Assembly (NCBI GenBank): GCA_040387495.1
Contig: JAZKDQ010000008.1
Span: forward strand, 1 to 64,000
Length of the DNA stretch: 64,000 bases
Direction: 5' to 3'
Source of the DNA: Pseudomonadota bacterium
GTDB lineage: Bacteria > Pseudomonadota > Alphaproteobacteria > Paracaedibacterales > CAIOTO01
Shown here: piece after piece, positions 31,856-43,460 of the stretch
Numbering within the stretch: the first letter of the stretch is position 1
How the letters are laid out: the number at the start of each line of letters is the position of its first letter
The notes under the pieces: model-generated
Databases searched by the model: none
The model's input: the letters and a program-made list of their open reading frames with translations, nothing else
Told to the model about the DNA's origin: nothing
Made by a program: the position numbers and the translations under genes

Positions 31856-33163
31856 ATGACGGTTTCAACCACGACACCTGAAACTCCCGATGAAACCGTG
31901 CGTACAGAGCATGAAACTATTCCTCATGATGTCATAGAAGTACAACCAATTCCAAAGATGGTTTGGATTTTAGGTTTTTCTATGTTTTTATTCAATCTTT
32001 CCTTTGTCATGATATTTCCATTCTCAGGACTTTATTTGCAGATGCTTGGTGTGGGCCTTGTTGGTATTGGCTTTTTGGAAGGTCTATCTGAAGCTGCATC
32101 TTATGTGATGAAATTTGCGTCTGGCATGATTAGTGATGCTTTTCGCCGCCGAAAACCAATTATGATGATTGGCTATTTCTTAAGCTTTATGGCGAGGCCT
32201 CTTATGGCATTATCTTCTGGAATTGGTTTGTTTTATTCCGGAAAACTAATGGAACGTTTTGGGAATGGTATTCATGCGGCTCCACGTGACGCCCTTGTCG
32301 CTGATATTACTCCTGCTAGCCGCATTGGTAGTGCATATGGATTGAAACGTAGTCTTGGAACTGCAGGGTCATTCGTAGGTGCTGTATGTGGCTATCTTGT
32401 CATGAGGGCTTTTAATGATGATATAAGTGTAGTTTTTAAGCTTGCCTGCATTCCATCAACCATCGCTTTTATACTTGTGCTTGTTTTTGTTAAAGAACCA
32501 AAACAATATGGACACTCGGCTGTTTCGTCTGAAGTTCCTTTGCCAGCAGAAAAACGTCGGCATCGTGTTAAGTGGTCTAATTTAAGGCTGCTTGGTTCTT
32601 CATTTTGGTTGCTTATGCTTGTTAACAGTATTTTTATGTTTTCGCGTTTGAGTGAACAATTTATAATTCTACATGCAAAAACAAATTATGGTCTTTTACC
32701 ACGATATGCCCCCATCATAATGATGGTATTTAATATTGGCTGGTGTGCAACGTCGTATCCAATTGGTGTGATTGCTGATCGTATGAATCGCTATTGGTTG
32801 CTTGCTGTTGGTATAATTTTACTTGTTCTAGCTGATATTATTTTAGCAACAGCTGGAAATATATGGATTTTATATAGTGGAGTTTTGTTTTGGGGCTTTC
32901 AATATGGCATAACGATGAATATATTTTCATCGTTGATTGCCGAAATTATTCCTGAAAATCTTCGTGGTACTGGTTTTGGTATTTATTATGTAACGAATGC
33001 AATTGCTGTTTTCATTACAGAACCACTCGTTGGTGGTTGGGTATCAGAAAATTTCGGTTTTCACAATTCATTTATTGTGAGTGCTGTCATAGGTCTTGTC
33101 GCACTCATAGCACTCATCTTGATTATGGGAATGCGTAGCTCACATCGGAGAGCTACGATATAG
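31856..33163 (+). CDS. MFS transporter
   Basis: about 12 hydrophobic segments, G.ISD..RRRK, ERFG.G...APRDAL motif. Confidence 0.85.
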   Translation: MTVSTTTPETPDETVRTEHETIPHDVIEVQPIPKMVWILGFSMFLFNLSFVMIFPFSGLYLQMLGVGLVGIGFLEGLSEAASYVMKFASGMISDAFRRRKPIMMIGYFLSFMARPLMALSSGIGLFYSGKLMERFGNGIHAAPRDALVADITPASRIGSAYGLKRSLGTAGSFVGAVCGYLVMRAFNDDISVVFKLACIPSTIAFILVLVFVKEPKQYGHSAVSSEVPLPAEKRRHRVKWSNLRLLGSSFWLLMLVNSIFMFSRLSEQFIILHAKTNYGLLPRYAPIIMMVFNIGWCATSYPIGVIADRMNRYWLLAVGIILLVLADIILATAGNIWILYSGVLFWGFQYGITMNIFSSLIAEIIPENLRGTGFGIYYVTNAIAVFITEPLVGGWVSENFGFHNSFIVSAVIGLVALIALILIMGMRSSHRRATI

Positions 33164-33174
33164 CCCATTCAATT

Positions 33175-34095
33175 TTATTGCTTATAAATATTGATGATAT
33201 CTTTGACCATTACCAATGCTTCATCACGTGGGCGCTTAAAGCAGTTACGACCAATAATTGATCCATTGCCACCGCCTTCGTGAATTGCCCTCGCATCAGC
33301 CAAAACAGCATCCATAGTTGATGCTTCACCACCCGAAAACACCACAATACGCTTACCATTAAAGCAGCACTGCACAACGTGACGGATACGATCCGCTAGC
33401 GTATCAACAGGTACCTTGTGCGTAACATACTGTACTTTTGCTTCAGCTTGTTCGAGATGTGCACTTGGTAATTTCACCTTAATGATGTGCGCACCTAAGA
33501 GACACGCAATATGTGCACCATATGAAACGATATCAATTGCTGTTTCACCAGCTTTTGAAATGTTACCTCGCGGGTAAGACCAAATGACAACCGCAAGGCC
33601 GCATGCTTTTGCTTCCTCGGTTAATTCTCTTATTTCTTCAAACATATCAAAAGAAGCATCTGATCCTGGGTAGATTGTAAAACCAACACCACTGCACCCA
33701 AGACGCAAAGCATCTGAAATCGAAGCTGTTACGGCTTGATCCCCTGCCAAATCTTTGCTCATGAGTGAGTTACTGCTGTTCATCTTTAAAATTGTTGGCA
33801 CGGCGCCTACAAAGGTAGATGCGCCTGCTTCAATCATCCCAAGCGGAGCAGCATAGGCTGAAAAGCCTGCGTCGATTGCCATTTGATAATGAAAATGTGG
33901 ATCATATGCATCTGGATTTCCGGCGAAGCAACGTGCCGGACCATGTTCAAATCCTTGATCAATAGGCAAAATAACCATACGACCTGTACCACCAAGTTCA
34001 CCATGCATAAGCATACGTGCGAGGTTTGTTTTAACACCAGGGTTGTCAGATTCATAATTGTTTAGAATTTGAGTAACAGCAGGAGTGATGCGCAT
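33175..34095 (-). CDS. fbaB: class I fructose-bisphosphate aldolase (DhnA/FbaB type)
   Basis: ILPIDQGFEHGP, GFTIYPGS, WSYPRG, GAHIIKVK, FSGG, IIGRN; start placed at MRITP. Confidence 0.9.
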   Translation of the reverse strand: MRITPAVTQILNNYESDNPGVKTNLARMLMHGELGGTGRMVILPIDQGFEHGPARCFAGNPDAYDPHFHYQMAIDAGFSAYAAPLGMIEAGASTFVGAVPTILKMNSSNSLMSKDLAGDQAVTASISDALRLGCSGVGFTIYPGSDASFDMFEEIRELTEEAKACGLAVVIWSYPRGNISKAGETAIDIVSYGAHIACLLGAHIIKVKLPSAHLEQAEAKVQYVTHKVPVDTLADRIRHVVQCCFNGKRIVVFSGGEASTMDAVLADARAIHEGGGNGSIIGRNCFKRPRDEALVMVKDIINIYKQ

Positions 34096-34168
34096 ATTAT
34101 TTACCTTAAACCATCTTAAATTTATAGAAATTATTATAACCTGTATTAGGAGCATAATTCCAATAAAA

Positions 34169-35425
34169 TTAAATTTTCATAGGTGACTCACACCATAAGT
34201 CTTCAATGAGCTGTGTCTGGCTTTGTTGTTGTGTCATTAGGATTGAGTATAGTGCTTCACCGATTTTTATACGTTCGTTTGATGTCTTAAAAAGATTGAT
34301 TAAGACTTCTGCTAATTCCTTTTCGTCTTTAAGCGCACGCGAACCAGCTTGGGCTAGAACATGACAAACTTCACGAAAATTATGCATATGGGGCCCGTAA
34401 AAAACAGGTTTTTTAAAATGTGTAGCTTCAATTGGATTATGTCCACCATGTGGGATAAGGCTACCGCCCATAAAAACAATATCGCTTAGTGTATAAAAAG
34501 TTCCCAATTGGCCAATTTCATCAATGATAATACCGTCACTGCCTGAAGCAAATTGTATTAATGAAGAGGCTAATGTTTGAAAAGAAAGTCCATGAGTGAT
34601 CGCTTTTTTTACAAGTGCATTCGCTCTATGGGGATGACGTGGTGCTATAATTGTAATTAAATGTGGCAATTCCTTTTTTAATATTTGATGCACATTAAAA
34701 ATCAACTCTTCTTCACCTGGATGAGTGCTAGCAGCAATCCAAATATGTCTATTTAAAAATAAAAATCTAAAATACTCAATATAGGCTTGATTCACAGGCA
34801 GAGGAGGCGCTGAAAATTTCAGGTTAGCCATTATGCCTACATTCTTAGTACCAAGAGCCTTAAGTCTTTCTTCTGTTTCAGGCCCAGGAGCCAAGCATAA
34901 TTTAAATTGGTTTAGTAAGGATCCCGCAAGGGCAGGGACACGTTTCCATCGATTGTAACTACGATCTGAGAGACGTGCATTTAAAAGCACGAGCGGGATA
35001 TTCTTTCTCTTGCAGACACGTACACTATTCGGCCAAAGTTCAGAATCGACAAAAAAAGCCTGATCGGGCTTCCAGTAATTCAAGAAACGATTTACCCAAG
35101 ATATAACATCAAAGGGTACAAATTGATGAATGGCAATGCCTTGAAATTGATCCGTAACAATTTTAGCTGCTGTTATTGTGGTTGTCGTAATAAGAATATG
35201 ATCACTTGGATAACGTGTATGCCATCCACTTACAAATGACCTTAGGGACAGTGTTTCCCCGACGCTTGCGCTATGAAACCAAACAATCCTGCCTTCTGGA
35301 CGCGGTAGTGACGCATACCCAAAACGTTCTTTAAAACGATTATGGTCATCAAGTCCTTTTAAGCGGCGATAATGGACGTAGAGCCAAATTAATGGCGATA
35401 TTGCAATAGATAATGCTGCGTACAT
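34169..35425 (-). CDS. waaA: 3-deoxy-D-manno-octulosonic acid transferase
   Basis: WFHSASVGE, SELWPN, NARLS, ASTHPGEE, APRHP.R, GGS...GGHNPIE. Confidence 0.95.
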   Translation of the reverse strand: MYAALSIAISPLIWLYVHYRRLKGLDDHNRFKERFGYASLPRPEGRIVWFHSASVGETLSLRSFVSGWHTRYPSDHILITTTTITAAKIVTDQFQGIAIHQFVPFDVISWVNRFLNYWKPDQAFFVDSELWPNSVRVCKRKNIPLVLLNARLSDRSYNRWKRVPALAGSLLNQFKLCLAPGPETEERLKALGTKNVGIMANLKFSAPPLPVNQAYIEYFRFLFLNRHIWIAASTHPGEEELIFNVHQILKKELPHLITIIAPRHPHRANALVKKAITHGLSFQTLASSLIQFASGSDGIIIDEIGQLGTFYTLSDIVFMGGSLIPHGGHNPIEATHFKKPVFYGPHMHNFREVCHVLAQAGSRALKDEKELAEVLINLFKTSNERIKIGEALYSILMTQQQSQTQLIEDLWCESPMKI

Positions 35426-35507
35426 AACCTCTCCTGTATGGTGTGATTGTATAGGATTTTATATTTCAATTCACCATAAAAGGTGTTAAGGTTTGCCTAT
35501 TCAATTC

Positions 35508-35597
35508 GGAGAGATGCCAGAGCGGTTGAATGGGACGGTCTCGAAAACCGTTGTGCACGTAAGTGTACCGTGGGTTCGAATCCCACTCTCTCCTCCA
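35508..35597 (+). tRNA. tRNA-Ser(CGA)
   Basis: GGAGAGA acceptor, anticodon arm ACGGT-CTCGAAA-ACCGT, long variable arm, TTCGAA, CCA. Confidence 0.96.
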
Positions 35598-35806
35598 TCC
35601 ACCACTGCCACAATGTGCTAAGGTGTGACGTCATGAAAAAGTTGTGCAAAGTCGGACTGTTTCTACTTACGAAGAAGCCTGCCCGACATAACTAGAAGCA
35701 GCGACTGACTAACCGTAAAGACACTTGTTTCTGTAGCATGCAAAAAAACCTCACCTGGTTAAAGGGAGGATTCTTTTGATATACGTGAGTAACTACTTGC
35801 CTTTTA

Positions 35807-36520
35807 TTAAGCTGCGCCACTAATTTTCTTTAAGATAAGCTGTGACATAATTTCTGCACGTGCTTGCAAGCCACGTGGGCAATCTTTTGTTTGTGCAATT
35901 TTAACATAGACTTCAGATGCCTTTGCATAGTCATTGAGAGCAAATAAAATAACCCCTTTTAATTCCTGTGCGAGTAAAGAATATGGCGAATTGTCAGTAA
36001 CAAGTTTATCAAGGGTTACTAAATGCGCAATAAGCTTTGCTTTTGTTGGACCATCAACTGCTTTTAATTCAGAACGATCAAGATTCATTCGAATTAGGGT
36101 TACAGTTGCAAAGTCACGCATTATTTTGTCAGCGGATGAATTACCGGCTAGCTTACTTAACAAATCTTCTGCTTTTTTTACATCTTCAGGGCTTTTACCA
36201 GCCAACAATCCAGCTTTTGCGATCGCAGCAAGTGGCGCATATGTTTTTGATGAATCGTGAATGATACTATCATAAACACCAAGGCCTTCACTAACGTTAC
36301 CACGTTCGATAAGCTCTTGCGCTTTCATAAATTTTTGTGACGTGAAATTAAGTTGTTTTTCAGAGTGATTTCTCCATAGAACCCATCCGCTTGATCCGCC
36401 AATAGCAATAACTAAAACTGTTGAAATGAGTTTTCCATACTCTTTCCAAATGTTTTCAAGTTTCTCTTGGCGCATGTCTTTTTCGACATCTTGTAAAAAT
36501 TCATCAAATTGTTCAGCCAT
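35807..36520 (-). CDS. membrane-anchored TPR-like protein (YfgM-like)
   Basis: EF..DV..DMR.EKL...WK.YG, single TM, helical repeats, P..L..RA end. Confidence 0.7.
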   Translation of the reverse strand: MAEQFDEFLQDVEKDMRQEKLENIWKEYGKLISTVLVIAIGGSSGWVLWRNHSEKQLNFTSQKFMKAQELIERGNVSEGLGVYDSIIHDSSKTYAPLAAIAKAGLLAGKSPEDVKKAEDLLSKLAGNSSADKIMRDFATVTLIRMNLDRSELKAVDGPTKAKLIAHLVTLDKLVTDNSPYSLLAQELKGVILFALNDYAKASEVYVKIAQTKDCPRGLQARAEIMSQLILKKISGAA

Positions 36521-36583
36521 AGTCTATCAATACCTTGTGTTTTAATAATTATGCAAGATAGTGCCTGAAATGTACAGACACGT

Positions 36584-38215
<1,632 letters not shown>

Positions 38216-38500
38216 CTAATTTTTTGGTGTTTGAGGAGCAGTTCTTGGTGCATCCAAAACAGAAGATGCATTCTTAATTGCTTTATTTGATAATGTAGTC
38301 ATCAAAACGCAGTTTGCAATAAACATTGCTGCCAAAATTGACGTTGCATGTGTTAAAAGGTTAGCAACACCGCGCGCAGAAAACATGCTTGAGGAGCTTC
38401 CTCCACCCATAAGTGCAGAGCCACCATCACTTTTTTGTAATAGAATGACACCAATCATAGACAAGGTGATAATAATATGTAGGGTTAAAAGTACTGCCAT
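38216..38500 (-). CDS. secG: preprotein translocase subunit SecG
   Basis: ILLQKSDGG, ARG.AN.LT..T. Confidence 0.9.
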   Translation of the reverse strand: MAVLLTLHIIITLSMIGVILLQKSDGGSALMGGGSSSSMFSARGVANLLTHATSILAAMFIANCVLMTTLSNKAIKNASSVLDAPRTAPQTPKN

Positions 38501-38543
38501 ACTCGTTCTTTCTCATAAAAGTTATAGTTAATAGTAAATAATT

Positions 38544-39098
38544 TTACACTTTTGGTGCTAAAATCATAAGCATTTGTTTACCTTCAAAGCGAGGGGATGT
38601 CTCAACTTTTGCAAGTTCTTCGAAGGTGTCCTTGAAACGATTAATAACTTCCATGCCAATTTCTTGGTGGCTTATTTCACGCCCACGAAAACGCATCGTA
38701 ACTTTTACTTTATTGCCTTCTTTTAAAAAGCGCTCAGCAGCACGACGTTTAACATCAAAATCATTGTCATCAATCATTGGGCGTATTTGAATTTCTTTTA
38801 TTTCAATGATCTTTTGTTTCTTCTTTGCTTCATTTTTCTTCTTTTGCAATTCATATTTATACTTACCATTATCAAGTATTTTGCAAACTGGCGGTTCAGC
38901 ATTCGGAGAAACTTCTACTAAATCAAGATTTGCTTCAATGGCAAGATCAAGTGCTTCACGTCGCGTGACAACACCAACCATTTCTCCATCCGCATCAACA
39001 AGACGCACACGTGGCGCCGTTATTTCCTGATTAACACGCGGTCCATCCTGTCGACTTTGTTCGCGAGTCGAAGGGGAATCTCCTGACAATCGTGCTAT
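38544..39098 (-). CDS. infC: translation initiation factor IF-3 (ATA start)
   Basis: LDLVEVSPNAEPPVCKI, KVKVTMRFRGRE; GGAG 7 nt before an in-frame ATA. Confidence 0.95.
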   Translation of the reverse strand: MARLSGDSPSTREQSRQDGPRVNQEITAPRVRLVDADGEMVGVVTRREALDLAIEANLDLVEVSPNAEPPVCKILDNGKYKYELQKKKNEAKKKQKIIEIKEIQIRPMIDDNDFDVKRRAAERFLKEGNKVKVTMRFRGREISHQEIGMEVINRFKDTFEELAKVETSPRFEGKQMLMILAPKV

Positions 39099-39283
39099 AA
39101 CTATTCTCCAAAAAAACATACATTATTAGGATGTACTCTATCAAAAATATTATTCTTAGTCTACACCCTAGAAGCATCAAACCAGCTTTATTCGCGCTGG
39201 AACTCATATTAGGTGGAATTTTTATTGCATTTAATAGTCTGCGCGTTATCATAAACCTAAATTTTATAGAGGTTATTAGATCA

Positions 39284-39889
39284 ATGACACAACAAAATCA
39301 TATTCGCATGCTATTTGAAGAATCAATTGCTTTAAAGCAAAAAGTCATGGAAACTGATCTGCTTGGTACCTTATCTGATATTGCAGATATGATTGTCGAA
39401 TCAATTGCAAATGGTGGGCGACTTTATTTATGTGGAAATGGCGGATCAGCTGCAGATGCACAGCACCTTGCTGCAGAGTTATTGATTCGATTGAGGTCAA
39501 GCGTTAATCGTGATTCATTGCCTGCTTTAACATTAGCAACCGATATATCAAGTGTGACGGCTTGTGGTAACGATTATGGGTTTGATGATATTTTTGCAAG
39601 GCCACTGTCTGGTTTGGGGCGGGCAGGGGATGTTCTTCTTGGTATTACTACATCTGGTACATCACCAAATGTTATTAAGGCGTTTCAAAAAGCGCGAGAG
39701 ATGAGCATTAAAACGGTTGGTTTTTTAGGATGTTCAGGTATGCCAGCATCAGATTTATGTGATTTAGCATTTGTCGTGCCCTCAATGAACACCGGGCGTG
39801 TACAGGAAGTTCACATAACAGCTGGGCATGCATTAATGGAAGCTGTTGAGGATCGATTGCTTGCTCGTGGTGTAATCAAGACGCTCTAA
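39284..39889 (+). CDS. gmhA: SIS-domain D-sedoheptulose 7-phosphate isomerase
   Basis: CGNGGSAADAQH.AAEL, GNDYGFD..F.R, TTSG.S.NV, RVQE.H...GH; start placed at MTQQN. Confidence 0.88.
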   Translation: MTQQNHIRMLFEESIALKQKVMETDLLGTLSDIADMIVESIANGGRLYLCGNGGSAADAQHLAAELLIRLRSSVNRDSLPALTLATDISSVTACGNDYGFDDIFARPLSGLGRAGDVLLGITTSGTSPNVIKAFQKAREMSIKTVGFLGCSGMPASDLCDLAFVVPSMNTGRVQEVHITAGHALMEAVEDRLLARGVIKTL

Positions 39890-39905
39890 ATTAAGTATTT
39901 TAGAT

Positions 39906-40457
39906 ATGAGAATTATCGCCGGCAAGTGGCGGGGGAGACTTTTAGAGCAGCCCCCACAAAATATTACGCGCCCCACAACGGATAGAGTGCGTGAAGCCTT
40001 ATTTAGTATGCTTATCAGTCGAATTGGCTCTTTTGATGGATTATATGTGTTTGATGCTTTTGCTGGCTCTGGTGCGCTTGGATTAGAAGCTTTATCACGT
40101 GGTGCACTGCATGTTACGTTTGCTGAAAAAGACAAAAGTGTGAGACCAATTTTACATAATAATGTAGTCAAGCTAAAATGCGAAGATCAGATATCCATTG
40201 TTGAGGATGCGTTTAGAATTAGCAAAATAGAACGACCCTTTGATTTGGTGTTAATGGATCCTCCATATGGTGCAGGATTGGAATCGGAATTATTTTCTTT
40301 TCTGGTGCAGCAAGGCGTTGTTAACAAGAAAACGTTAATTGTAATTGAGTCTCATTCAGACTCTGTCCCGATGGTAATTTCAAATGTAGTTTGCCTTGAT
40401 TATCGTATTTATGGGAATTGTGCTTTGAGCTTCTTTGAATTGGATTTTTATGGGTAA
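39906..40457 (+). CDS. rsmD: 16S rRNA m2G966 methyltransferase
   Basis: MRIIAGKWRGR, RPTTDRVREALF, FAGSGALGLEALSRGA, DPPY. Confidence 0.95.
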   Translation: MRIIAGKWRGRLLEQPPQNITRPTTDRVREALFSMLISRIGSFDGLYVFDAFAGSGALGLEALSRGALHVTFAEKDKSVRPILHNNVVKLKCEDQISIVEDAFRISKIERPFDLVLMDPPYGAGLESELFSFLVQQGVVNKKTLIVIESHSDSVPMVISNVVCLDYRIYGNCALSFFELDFYG

Positions 40458-40674
40458 GCAGTTCGTAAGGCTGTGACATATATTCACTTGTTAGGATGAA
40501 TATGAAAATTTTTTCTCCTTTATCCTGTCATGCTGTGCCTTTAACAACACAGCATCATCGTTTGAGGCTTTAAAAGGGGCGATCGTTGGTTGCATTTATA
40601 TCTAAAAATTGTGTTAATGACGAAAGTTATAGGCATATAATAAATTAAAAATACGCTAATTTTGGAGAATCCCG

Positions 40675-42006
40675 ATGACAAAAACATTCACAAAAACTTT
40701 AATGGTTGGATCAGCGATCATCGCATTGACATCCACTGTATTCGCTGAAGCACAGGCACCATCTTTAAAGATGTCTGGTTTTACCAGTATTATTGGTCTC
40801 GCTGCAGATCAAACAGTAAAAGATAATGGTAAAGGCGGCACTGATCCATCCTTTGCGATTTCATCATCAGATTTTCGTCTGACAGTTGGTGGTAAATCAA
40901 TTACAGATTTTGGTTATAAATATGTTATCAATTTCAAAACTGTCCCTGGACAAGATCCCCTTGTAAACAGAAATTATGTGGAATTTGATAGCAATGATTG
41001 GGGTTCTATCCAAGTTGGTGTTGTAAAAGGCCCAGATGATTCAATGGTTGTTGATACGTACTCTATTCTTGGTGGTACTGGTGGTAATAAAGGATTTGGT
41101 GGCTTCAACTATTCTGAAGGCGTTATTATGGGTACCAACATGGTTGGTAGCACTGATATTGCAACGAAATTCAATTGGTTCTCACCAACGGTAACAATTG
41201 CACCTGGTGTTGGAACATTGCAAATTGCACTTAGCTATACACCAAACACATCACACACTGGTAAAGGTGCACGGGATAACTCAAAATCTGCTTCTAAGAC
41301 TTATGCTGGTAATGAAAAAGGTGCCATGTATCCTGACGATGATAATACAGCCTTTGGTTTGAAGAACTTTGTGTATGGTATTACGTATGCAAATACGTTT
41401 GGTGATTATACACTTACATTGAATGCTGTTACTGTGAGCGAACATTCACGTATAGTTATGAACACAGATAAAGCTAATAATACAGGTAAAAAAACATATG
41501 CGTTGAACAGAACTGGTTCATATCAATTATCGGGTATGTTGAGTGTTAAGCAATGGGATTTCACGGCAAGCTGGCTTGATAACAAAAAATCACGTTTGGC
41601 AACACAAGAGCTTTTGAGCTCTCCTGATCTCGCTACTCCTTCAAATCAGAAAGTATCTTACCTAGCGTCTAATCCTGGCTATTACTTAGGAAACTCAGGT
41701 CAATCATGGAACATGGGTACACGCTATAGCTTTGGTGCTTATCAAGCGGCAATTGGTTATTTCCGCACAGATCGAAAAACTGATGCAACGCAACGTGCGT
41801 GTATGGATACGGTTTCTACGACGCTTGATTTTAAGGCATTAGAAGGTCTGAAATTCTTTGGTGAATTGAATTATTTGAGAACAAAAACAAATAAGTCGCA
41901 AATGAATGCAGCCCAAAATTATTACAATGCTGCCGGTAAAAGTAACATGGCTATCGGAAACAACACAGGTGCTGTCTTAATCTTAGGAACGAAAGTTTCA
42001 TTCTAG
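40675..42006 (+). CDS. outer-membrane porin, paralog 1
   Basis: signal peptide, amphipathic beta-strand pattern, SYTP motif, C-terminal ...LGTKVSF. Confidence 0.8.
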   Translation: MTKTFTKTLMVGSAIIALTSTVFAEAQAPSLKMSGFTSIIGLAADQTVKDNGKGGTDPSFAISSSDFRLTVGGKSITDFGYKYVINFKTVPGQDPLVNRNYVEFDSNDWGSIQVGVVKGPDDSMVVDTYSILGGTGGNKGFGGFNYSEGVIMGTNMVGSTDIATKFNWFSPTVTIAPGVGTLQIALSYTPNTSHTGKGARDNSKSASKTYAGNEKGAMYPDDDNTAFGLKNFVYGITYANTFGDYTLTLNAVTVSEHSRIVMNTDKANNTGKKTYALNRTGSYQLSGMLSVKQWDFTASWLDNKKSRLATQELLSSPDLATPSNQKVSYLASNPGYYLGNSGQSWNMGTRYSFGAYQAAIGYFRTDRKTDATQRACMDTVSTTLDFKALEGLKFFGELNYLRTKTNKSQMNAAQNYYNAAGKSNMAIGNNTGAVLILGTKVSF

Positions 42007-42028
42007 TAAAAAATTACTTGATTTGATT

Positions 42029-42059
42029 AGGCGGGCAAAAATAAGCCCGCCTTTTTTTT
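42029..42059 (+). terminator. intrinsic terminator between the porin genes
   Basis: AGGCGGGC-AAAAATAA-GCCCGCCT plus T run. Confidence 0.85.
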
Positions 42060-42079
42060 AAACATTTCTGGAGTTATAT

Positions 42080-43363
42080 ATGAAAAAACAATCGCTGATT
42101 GCCCTCTGCGCGGGAGCTTCTATCTATGCGTTAACATCTCCTGCGTATGCAGAAGCCAAAGCACCAGCACTTAAGATGTCTGGCTTTACAAGTATGATTG
42201 GTCTTGGTGCAAGTCAAAAACAAAAACAAAATGGCAAGGGTGGGACAGATCCTTCTTTCGCTATTTCAGCATCAGATTTAAGGCTAACCGTTGCTGGAAA
42301 ATCAATTAATGACTTTGGGTATAAGTACATTCTTAATTTCAAAACGATACCTGGTCAAAATCCACTTGTTGATCGTAATTATGTTGAATTTGATGATAAC
42401 AGAATGGGGTCAATTCAGGTTGGTGTTATAAAAGGTATTGATGATTCAATGCCTGTGAATGCATACACGTTGATTGGTGGGACAGGTGGTATTTATGGTT
42501 CTGTGCCGAATATCTATAATTTTTCTGAAGGCGTAATCATGGGAACAAATCCAATTGGAAGTCCTGATATTGCAACAAAACTCAATTGGTTTTCCCCAAT
42601 CGTCCGTGGATTTCAAGTTGCTGTTAGCTACACGCCAAATACATCCCATGTTGGGAAAGGTGCACGGGATAATTCGAAGTTTGGTGCTGGGCGATTTGGA
42701 AATGAAGAGGGTGGAATGTACCCCGATGATGAAAATCCAGTTGCATTTGGTTTGAAAAATATTGTGTATGGTATTTCCTACACTAAAAGATTAAATGAAT
42801 ACTCATTTACATTAAATGGGATTTTAATTAATGAGCATTCACGGTTAGTTTTAAAAGATTCTAAAAAAACATACGCTTTAAACAGGACAAAGTCATATCA
42901 GCTTTCAGCAATGGTGGGTATTGCAGCGTGGGACTTTGCTGCAGGTTGGATTGACAATAAAAAGTCGCGTTTACCGACTCAGGAGCTTTCAAACCAATCA
43001 CCAAATGCACTTTATATTGCAACGAGTGGATTGAATTCACATCTTGGCAATTCGGGTGCATCGTGGAACGCTGCGACGCGTTATAGTTTTGGTGCGTATC
43101 AGGCAGCCCTTGGGTATTTTAGAACCGACCGAAAAACGGATGCTACGCAAAGTGCGCAGATGGATGCTATTACAGCAACACTTGATTTTAAAGCATTGGA
43201 AGGTTTGAAATTCTTTGGTGAGGTTAATTATTTAAGTACAAAAACAAACAAAACTCAAATGGATGCAGCGCAAACATATTATAATGCGCAAAGCGCAAGT
43301 CAGATTGCTGTCGGTAATAATACAGGGGCTGTTTTGATTTTGGGTACGAAAGTTTCATTTTAA
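42080..43363 (+). CDS. outer-membrane porin, paralog 2
   Basis: long identical stretches with paralog 1 (NGKGGTDPSFAIS, YFRTDRKTDATQ, GNNTGAVLILGTKVSF). Confidence 0.8.
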   Translation: MKKQSLIALCAGASIYALTSPAYAEAKAPALKMSGFTSMIGLGASQKQKQNGKGGTDPSFAISASDLRLTVAGKSINDFGYKYILNFKTIPGQNPLVDRNYVEFDDNRMGSIQVGVIKGIDDSMPVNAYTLIGGTGGIYGSVPNIYNFSEGVIMGTNPIGSPDIATKLNWFSPIVRGFQVAVSYTPNTSHVGKGARDNSKFGAGRFGNEEGGMYPDDENPVAFGLKNIVYGISYTKRLNEYSFTLNGILINEHSRLVLKDSKKTYALNRTKSYQLSAMVGIAAWDFAAGWIDNKKSRLPTQELSNQSPNALYIATSGLNSHLGNSGASWNAATRYSFGAYQAALGYFRTDRKTDATQSAQMDAITATLDFKALEGLKFFGEVNYLSTKTNKTQMDAAQTYYNAQSASQIAVGNNTGAVLILGTKVSF

Positions 43364-43460
43364 GAGTTGCTACCGAGAGTAGACCTTACTTGTTTGTTGC
43401 GTGTTGCTTTAAAACACTATATAAAAGTAAGGATAATCCCTTTAATCGGAATGTAAAAAA

